From Macrostomum lignano (Eukaryota): a DNA stretch of 64,000 nt. The stretch lies in assembly GCA_002269645.1 (NCBI GenBank), contig NIVC01003910.1, forward strand, positions 6,117 to 70,116. Reading direction: 5' to 3'. The position numbers and the translations under genes were made by a program. Each line of letters begins with the position of its first letter. The first letter of the stretch is position 1. The notes beneath the pieces are model-generated. The model was not told the origin of the DNA and made no database searches. It was given only the letters and a program-made list of their open reading frames with translations. Shown in pieces: positions 56,957 through 64,000 of the stretch.

Positions 56957-58255
56957 TTATTCAATCACGTACTCCGGCTTGCGGCCGCTGGCAATGTACA
57001 GCGGACTCTTGCCGAACAAGTCCTCCTCCTGCAGCCACATCGGGTCCTCCAGGTGGCTGACGCACCAGGCCAGCATGTCGCGGCACAGCTCATTCTCGGC
57101 GGCGTAGTGCACCAGCGTGCGCCCGTCCCGGTCGGTTGTTCGGAACACCAGCCGGTAATCCAGGCTGTCCAGGTAGTCCAGCGCCTCCGTGTCCAGGTGC
57201 CGCGCCATCAAGTGGACTGGCTTGATACCCTGCGCATCTGTCTCCTTGACCAGACACGAAGGCCCGAGCAGGTCGACGATCCACCGCAACGCCGAGTCGC
57301 TGGCGGTGTTGGTGGCCGCGTAGTGCACGGCGGAGCGGCCGGAGCTGTCCACGGCCTCCAGGCACGGCCGGCCGAGTGCCTCAAACAGCAGCTGCAGCGA
57401 CTCCGCCGTCTGGTTCTCTGCTGCCCGATGGGTGACGGTCTTGCCCCAGCAGTCAGCGGTGGCCAGGCGCTCCGGGCCCATCTCCCGGATGCACCAAGCC
57501 AGCACTTCGCCGCTCTGCGTGTTCTGGGCGGCGCTGTGAGCCAGGGTCTCGCCGTCCTCGCCGGACAGGTCAAACATCTCTTCACCCAGGTGCTCCTTCA
57601 GCAGCTCCATGGTGTCCACGTCCTGGCACCAGGCGGCCAGATGCACCGGCGTGTTGCCTGAGATGTCGCGAGCCACCAGGAAGCTGCCTTCGCCGTCCAG
57701 CTCGCTGATCAGCCAGCGCAGGTTGTCGGCACTCTCATTCATGGTGGCGCAGTGGAAGACGGTCCGCTCTCGACTGGTCGTCTCCTCGAAGATGGAGAGG
57801 CCAGCCTCGCGCTTGTACAGCTCCAGAGCGTCGGGGCACTGGTACAGTGCAGAGTAGTGCACCGGGAGGCAGTGCGAGGCGTCAGGAGAGCGCAGGTATT
57901 CGGCTCCCAGCAGCTGCATCAGCCACTGCAGCGCGACAATGCTGGGGTTCTTGGCAGCGCAGTGCAGAGGGCAGGCGTTCTCGGCTCCCGGGTTGGTGAA
58001 GAACTCGCACACGCTCCAGCCAGCGCTGCTCAAGGCTTCGCTGAGCAGCTGCAGCGGCTCGTCGGTCTGGCACCAGCGAGCCGTCAAGTTGGCCACGGTG
58101 TTGCCGGCATCGTCTGCGGCGTGCAGCACGCTGTCGCCGAACTTGTCCAGCAGGAAGCGGATGCCCTCGGCCTCGTAGATGCGGTCCGCGATGTCCTCGG
58201 GCGCGCTGGGGTCGGCCTGCGCCTCCTGCAGCAGCTGCTCCAGATCGCTAGTCAT
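56957..58255 (-). CDS. Intronless ankyrin-repeat protein, about 432 aa, about 11 repeats
   Basis: Repeating G-x-T/P-x-H-x-AA units (GNTPVHLAA, GETLAHSAA, GRSAVHYAA, GRTLVHYAA). The first ATG is 58255; the ORF-track start 58357 is TTG. Confidence 0.88.
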   Translation of the reverse strand: MTSDLEQLLQEAQADPSAPEDIADRIYEAEGIRFLLDKFGDSVLHAADDAGNTVANLTARWCQTDEPLQLLSEALSSAGWSVCEFFTNPGAENACPLHCAAKNPSIVALQWLMQLLGAEYLRSPDASHCLPVHYSALYQCPDALELYKREAGLSIFEETTSRERTVFHCATMNESADNLRWLISELDGEGSFLVARDISGNTPVHLAAWCQDVDTMELLKEHLGEEMFDLSGEDGETLAHSAAQNTQSGEVLAWCIREMGPERLATADCWGKTVTHRAAENQTAESLQLLFEALGRPCLEAVDSSGRSAVHYAATNTASDSALRWIVDLLGPSCLVKETDAQGIKPVHLMARHLDTEALDYLDSLDYRLVFRTTDRDGRTLVHYAAENELCRDMLAWCVSHLEDPMWLQEEDLFGKSPLYIASGRKPEYVIE

Positions 58256-58724
58256 GGCACTTGAGAACTTGGGGGCTGCCAGCTGTGACTGCCAGTCTGG
58301 GTAACACCTGATGTTATAGCTCAGCACAGAGGGCTGACAACTTGCAGCCTCAGCCAATGGGTGCAGCGAAAAAATCTCGCGCTTTCTGATTGGCTGCTGG
58401 GGTCAGCCTGTTGTACATCCAGCGAAGGCAATAATGTACACACATATTGACCCTGGCTCAGCTCCACCCCAATCGTGATGAACTCATAAACAAGGGGCCG
58501 CTGCCCTTGGTATGTGAAATTTATTGGCTAGTTTAATTTTCTCATTCAGAATCTCAGCTTTCGGCTAGGCAGGTGGCTGCATGCAGAATAGTTTTATCTG
58601 TCAGAAATTTTGTTTATCAAACAGCTTGATGAAATACTTGTATGATTTATCCTAAGCAGAGAGTTGCATGAATGTTAAGTAATAAAAAAAATACGATAAA
58701 GTATTATCGACTCATTTATGATAA

Positions 58725-59885
58725 GTAGGATCAGTGACAATTGAGATCAGTGACAATCGGGATCAGTGACAATTGGGATCAGTGACAATCGGGATCAGTG
58801 ACAATTGGGATCAGTGAAAATTGAGATCAGTGATGGTTGGGATCAGTGACAATTGGGATCAGTGACAGTTGGGATCATTGACAATTGGGTTTAGTGACAA
58901 TTGAGATCCGTGACAATTGAGAAATCATTGACAATTGAAATCAGTGACAGTTAGGATCAGTGACAATTGAGATGATCAGTGACAATTGGGATCAGTGACA
59001 ATTGAGATGATCAGTGACAATTGGGATCAGTGACAATTGGGATCAGTGACAATTGGGATCAGTGACAATTGGGATCAGTGACAATTGGGATCAGTGACAA
59101 TTGGAATCAAAGACAGTTGGGATCAGTGACAATTGAGAAATCATTGACAATTGAAATCAAAGACAGTTGTGATCAGTGACAATTGGGATCAGTGACAATT
59201 GGGATCAGTGACAATTGAAATCAGTGACAGTTGAGATCATTGACAATTGGGTTTAGTGACAATTGAGATAAGTGACAGTTGGGATCATTGACAATTGAAA
59301 TCAGTGACAATTGGGATCAGTGACAATTGGGATCAGTGACAATTGGGATCAGTGACAATTGGGATCAGTGACAATTGAGAAATCATTGACAATTGAAATC
59401 AAAGACAGTTGGGATCAGTGACAATTGAGAAATCATTGACAATTGAAATCAAAGACAGTTGGGATCAGTGACAATTGGGATCAGTGACAATTGAAATCAG
59501 TGACAGTTGGGATCATTGACAATTGGGTTTAGTGACAATTGAGATCATTGACAATTGAAATCAGTGACAATTGGGATCAGTGACAATTGGGATCAGTGAC
59601 AATTGAAATCAGTGACAGTTGGGATCATTGACAATTGGGTTTAGTGACAATTGAGATCAGTGACAGTTGGGATCATTGACAATTGAAATCAGTGACAATT
59701 GGGATCAGTGACAATTGGGATCAGTGACAATTGGGATCAGTGACAATTGGGATCAGTGACAATTGGGATCAGTGACAATTGAAATCAGTGACAATTGGGA
59801 TCATGAATTTGGGATCAGTGACAATTTGGATCAGTGACAATTGGGATCAGTGACAGTTGGGATCATGAATTTGGGATCATGGACA
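58725..59885. repeat. Minisatellite, 16-bp GGGATCAGTGACAATT
   Basis: About 1.15 kb, intergenic. Confidence 0.96.
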
Positions 59886-60282
59886 ATGACAGCAGTTAAA
59901 ATGAACGCTAGTCACCAAGAAGAAAATCACTTTAGTGCTCTGAAAGCGGCTGCAGTTTTGGGCTTGTATTTGAACGGCAATAAACACAAGGTACTGAGCT
60001 AGCTGTACTCCGAGAACTTTGGAAGTTCGTATGATTACTCGGAGCAAGTAAAAAAGCATTCAAAGATTGGCAAATGGGCAAAACAGCTGTGCAGCAGAAC
60101 AATAGATAACGGCGGTTGAAGTATATTGTGATTAGGAATTTCCAACATCGGTAGAATATTTTAATCAGCATCGAATGAACAATTTCTCACTTTGAACCAA
60201 TTTCGATAGAACTTTATAGCGAGCTACATATCAAAATTGATTAAATATATGTTTATTAGCAGCACAGGAGCCCAAATTGGCA

Positions 60283-60618
60283 CTGACTCATGCCAATCTG
60301 TCACTGACTCAAGCCAATCTGTCACTGACTCATGCCAATCTGTCACTGACCCATGCGAATCTGTCACTGACCCATGCGAATCTGTCACTGACTCATGCCA
60401 ATCTATCACTGACTCATGCCAACCTGTCACTGACTCATGCCAGTCTGTCTCTGACTCATGCCAATCTGTCACTGACTCATGCCAGTCTGTCACTGACTCA
60501 TGCCAATCTGTCACTGACTCATGCCAATCTGTCACTGACTCATGCCAATCTGTCACTGACTCATGCCAATCTGTCACTGACTCATGCCAGTCTGTCACTG
60601 ACTCATGCCAGTCTGTCA
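60283..60618. repeat. Minisatellite, 21-bp CTGTCACTGACTCATGCCAAT in the kinase 3' UTR
   Basis: About 16 copies; the terminal unit overlaps the kinase TGA. Confidence 0.95.
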
Positions 60619-61660
60619 CTGCAGAAATTTGTGCTCCAGCAGCTCCGCGGTGGCCGCTCGCCTCCTCGGCTCCCTCTGGACGCACCGTCCGTAGAAGTCC
60701 CTCAGCAGGGCGGAGGTCTCCGCCGGTAGCTGCGGCATGTCGTGGTTGTGAATCCTCAGCGGGATCTGCTGCCACCTGAACTGCCAGTTCGGAGGCTTCA
60801 TCTCCAGCATCTCGAACACGGAGCAGCCGAAAGCCCACACGTCAGTCTTGGGTGAGTACACGATTCCTTCGTCCTCACTGAACAGCTCAGGAGCCATGAA
60901 ATGGAGGGTGCCGTGCGCCGTCTTGGTGCTGCACATTGTGGCGAAGACCTCCTTGGCGACACCGAAGTCGATCAGCTTGATGAGGCCCTCGTTGGTGAGC
61001 ATTATGTTGGAGCACTTGATGTCACGGTGCAGGGTGACGGGACTGCGGCTGTGCAGGAAGTGGAGCGCTGTGCAGAACTGTGAGTTGGGGAGCGAGTGAG
61101 CAGGGGTGGTGTGGGATCTGAGCTGCTTGGAGAAGTCCCTCACTGCTGCATGGGGTGGTGTGGGATCTGAGTTGTTTGGAGAAGTCCCTCACTGCTGTAT
61201 GGGGTGGTGTGGGATCTCACCTGCTTGGAGAAGTCCCTCACTGCTGGATGGGGTGGTGTGGGATCTCACCTGCTTGGAGAAGTTCCTCACTGCTGCCTCA
61301 TCGAAGGGCCGTCGCTGCAGCTGCATCAGCTCAGAGAGGCTGTGGCCGGAGATCAGCTCGGTAAAGATACACAGCTCGCCCTTCTTGATGCGCTCAGACT
61401 TGAGGAACTGCACGATGTTCGGGTGCCGGACGGCCTTCAGGACTGAGATCTCCGCGTTCTCCTTCTCGATGGCCTCGTCTATCAGGCTGGCACTGCTGGC
61501 ACCTTCCAGCTTGACGATCTTGACAGCCACAGTCTGTTGCTTATCGGTGAACGCCTTGTACACCTGGCCGAAACCGCCTGCTCCGAGCAGCTGCGTGTTG
61601 CCGTCAACATCGAGGAGGAACTCCCAGCTGGAGAAGGCGGGGTCCAGAGACGGCTTCACA
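60616..61660 (-). CDS. Ser/Thr protein kinase (STE/MAP3K-like). Exons 61660-61270 and 61077-60616; needs an upstream exon
   Basis: GAGGFG, VAVK, HRDIKCSN, DFG, GTLHFMAPE, DVWAFG, RRATAAELLEHKF; phase-0 intron 61269-61078; no in-frame ATG before the domain. Confidence 0.88.
61103..61296. repeat. Four 49-bp copies spanning the kinase exon end and donor
   Basis: GGGGTGGTGTGGGATCTCACCTGCTTGGAGAAGTCCCTCACTGCTGGAT; units start at 61103, 61152, 61201, 61250. Confidence 0.93.
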
Positions 61661-61724
61661 CTGGAAAATGTTGGAAGACTGAAGCAATGGGGATTGCTGC
61701 CGAAATGGGGAATAAATAAGTACA

Positions 61725-62459
61725 ATGGCAAACATTATTCTTCAACCACCACCCGAGTCATTCAGTCCATCCAGCGACTTTCAAAATTCAATCGAGCATC
61801 TGGAATCTCAGAAGAAACAGAATAAGTGCATAAGCGGATACGTCGTAAGTGGTGATCACCAGAGAAGTGCAAGCCAATCACGCAGACACAAGAGAATTGC
61901 TGAAGAGGCTTCTGACTCAACTGACCAAGTACTTCAACGACCAAAAACCTGGTCTTTGCACGGTATCAGTTTCGGCAGTGCACACAACAGCTGGGAGAGA
62001 CCATAGACAGCTGGCACGCTCGATGAAAGCACCCGCTGACACCTGGACTTCGGAGAACTTCGCGATTCCATCATTCGTGATCAGTTGGTCGCCACCTGCC
62101 TCTCTGACGCACTTCGTCGCCGACTACTGCGAGAATCCGACATTTTGCTCAGCGACGCCCACGAAGCTTCAGAAGCGCAACCAACGGCAATCGAGCTGTC
62201 GAAGGATTCGACCGTCGCCGCGATTAGCACGCAAAGCGCCACGCAGCAGCAAAAAAATCGGCAACAGCAGCAAAGCAGAAGTCACTTGGACCGCCCACCA
62301 CAGTCAGCAAGCCATTTCCTCACCTGCTACAGATGCGGCCAGTCCGGCCACAGCAACTGTGAGGCTGCAAGACGCAAAACTTGCAGTAACTGTGGAAAAC
62401 CGAATCGTCTGACAACACAGACGCGGCTCGATATTCAAAAGAATTCACGACTTCTTTAA
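61725..62459 (+). pseudogene. gag: Decayed Ty3/Gypsy (Mag-like) gag fragment
   Basis: Across at least 2 frameshifts: LTKYFNDQ / KNLVFARYQFRQCTQQLGETIDSW / DFGELRDSIIRDQLV...LRRRLLRESD / CYRCGQSGHSNC...CSNCGK; collinear with the gag at 20232. Confidence 0.75.
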
Positions 62460-62633
62460 TCGACAAACCCGCTAATCAATGCTTGAGACTCCTTGCAATT
62501 GAATCTGTCGTATGCACCATATACAAGCACATTATCTAAGCACATTATCTAAGCACATTATCTAAGAGGGTGCTCTTATACCAGCTTTTACTCTGGCCGC
62601 AACGCTAATTGTCCCTTTAAGCAGGCGGCTCAC

Positions 62634-64000
62634 CCATCTGTTGTCCCTCAGCAGAACTACTATGCAGACGGTTGTCCTCCATCGAGGCTCGCAGCCTCTC
62701 CTCCTCCCGCAGCTCGGCGATGCAGCCACAGCATCCGCTCCGACCGGCTGTTCTTCTTTGCGTAGTCCGCCACCGACTGTCCCTGCCGGTCCTGCAAGTC
62801 GAAAGCGGCGACGCCCAGCGAGTCCCTGATGAGCCGTAGCGAGTCCTCGTCCTGGTGCTGAGCTGCCAGGTGCGCAGCCGTGATACCCTCGTCGTCCCTC
62901 AGCTTCAGACAGTCGGGTCCCAGCTGACCGACAATCCACCTTAGCGCAGAGACGCTGTTGATGTTACAAGCAGCACAGTGAACTGCGGTGCGTCCCTTGA
63001 ATCGCGCGCTGACGGAAGCAGTCGCACCGAGTTTCGATTTAATAAACTGCATCGAATCTGAGCCTTGAAACTCGGCGGCCATATGAACGACTGTCGATCC
63101 ATCTTCAACCTTCTTATGAGAGAATCGGAGCCCAGCTCATCGATCAGGAACTTTAAGGATGAGTTTGAGACCTTGTTACAAGCAGCATAGTGAACTGCGG
63201 TGCCTGCAAGAAATCCCCGCTGACGGAAACAGTCGTTACCGAGCTTCGATTTAATGAACTCCATCGAATCTGATCCCTGACACTGTGCGGCAAGACGAAC
63301 GACTGTAACTCCATCGTCATCCTTCTCCATGAGAGAGTCTGAGCCGAGCTCATCGATAAGCCACTTGAGCGACGAGTTTGAGACCTTGTTGCAAGCAGCA
63401 TAGTGAACTGCGGTGCGACCAAGCCACCCGCACTGACGGAAGCAGTCGGAACCGAGCTTCGATTTAATGAACTGCATCGAATCTGAGCCTTGAAACTCGG
63501 CGGCCATATGAACGACTGTCGATCCATTGTCACCCTTCTCCAAGAGAGAGTCTGAGCCGAGCTCATCTATCAGCCATTTGAGGACGAGTTTGAGACCTTG
63601 TTGAAAGCAGCACAGTGAACTGCGGTGGCGACCAAGCCATCCGCTTCTGACGGAAGCAGTCGGAACCGAGCTTCGATTTAATGAATTCCAACGAATCTGA
63701 GCTCTGACACTGGGCGGCCAGATGAACGACTGTCGATCCATTGTCGTCCTTCTCCACAAGAGAGTTCGAGCCGAGCTCGCCAATCAGCCACTTGAGCGAT
63801 GAGTTTGAGACCAGTCGTTACAAGCAGCACAGTGAATTGGTGTCCGACCAAGGCCACCCACGCTGACGGAAGCAGTCGGAACGCCGAGCTCCGATTTAAT
63901 GAACTGCATCGAATCTGAGCTCTGAGCCCCGGCGGCCAGATGAACGACTGTCGAACCATTGTCATCCTCCTTCATGAGAGAGTCTGAGCCGAGCTCATCG
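62634..64000 (-). pseudogene. Ankyrin-repeat coding sequence with several frameshifts (pseudogene or consensus errors), running off the window
   Basis: About 213-bp (71-aa) tandem units GRTAVHYAACNKVSNSSLKWLIDELGSDSL / GSTVVHMAAEFQGSDSMQFIKSKLG switching frame repeatedly; ends at a GTGAGC donor after 62634. Confidence 0.75.

Noticed and set aside
61705-61735. AATAAA...TACA-ATGG resembling an LTR end plus PBS before the gag relic
   Set aside because: No second LTR copy or TG start was identifiable, and the segment is also explained as the kinase's minus-strand polypyrimidine tract.

Overview
Eukaryotic (animal) genomic DNA. GC-rich exons, canonical GT-AG introns and introns packed with tandem repeats suggest a free-living flatworm such as Macrostomum; this is an inference, not a database match. 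Contents, left to right: (1) the 3' portion (about 2,885 codons) of a laminin alpha-3/5-type gene on + (39 hand-assembled exons, 426-27595, with consistent phases), where every intron longer than about 165 bp carries its own private minisatellite or a SINE, and one intron holds an intact Ty3/Gypsy LTR retrotransposon with identical LTRs; (2) a 2-exon 58-aa membrane micropeptide gene missing from the ORF track; (3) an intronless EF-hand calmodulin-like gene; (4) a repeat- and MITE-rich intergenic zone; (5) an aftiphilin-like gene on -; (6) IFT88 on +, with an apparent 24-nt micro-intron; (7) a minus-strand cluster of an ankyrin-repeat gene, a STE-type Ser/Thr kinase and a frameshifted ankyrin paralog, with a decayed antisense gag between the last two. 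There are two copies of a tRNA-headed CORE-like SINE. Most long ORFs in the ORF track are artefacts of tandem repeats. All exon boundaries are manual predictions and homology calls come from recalled family motifs; no searches were run.
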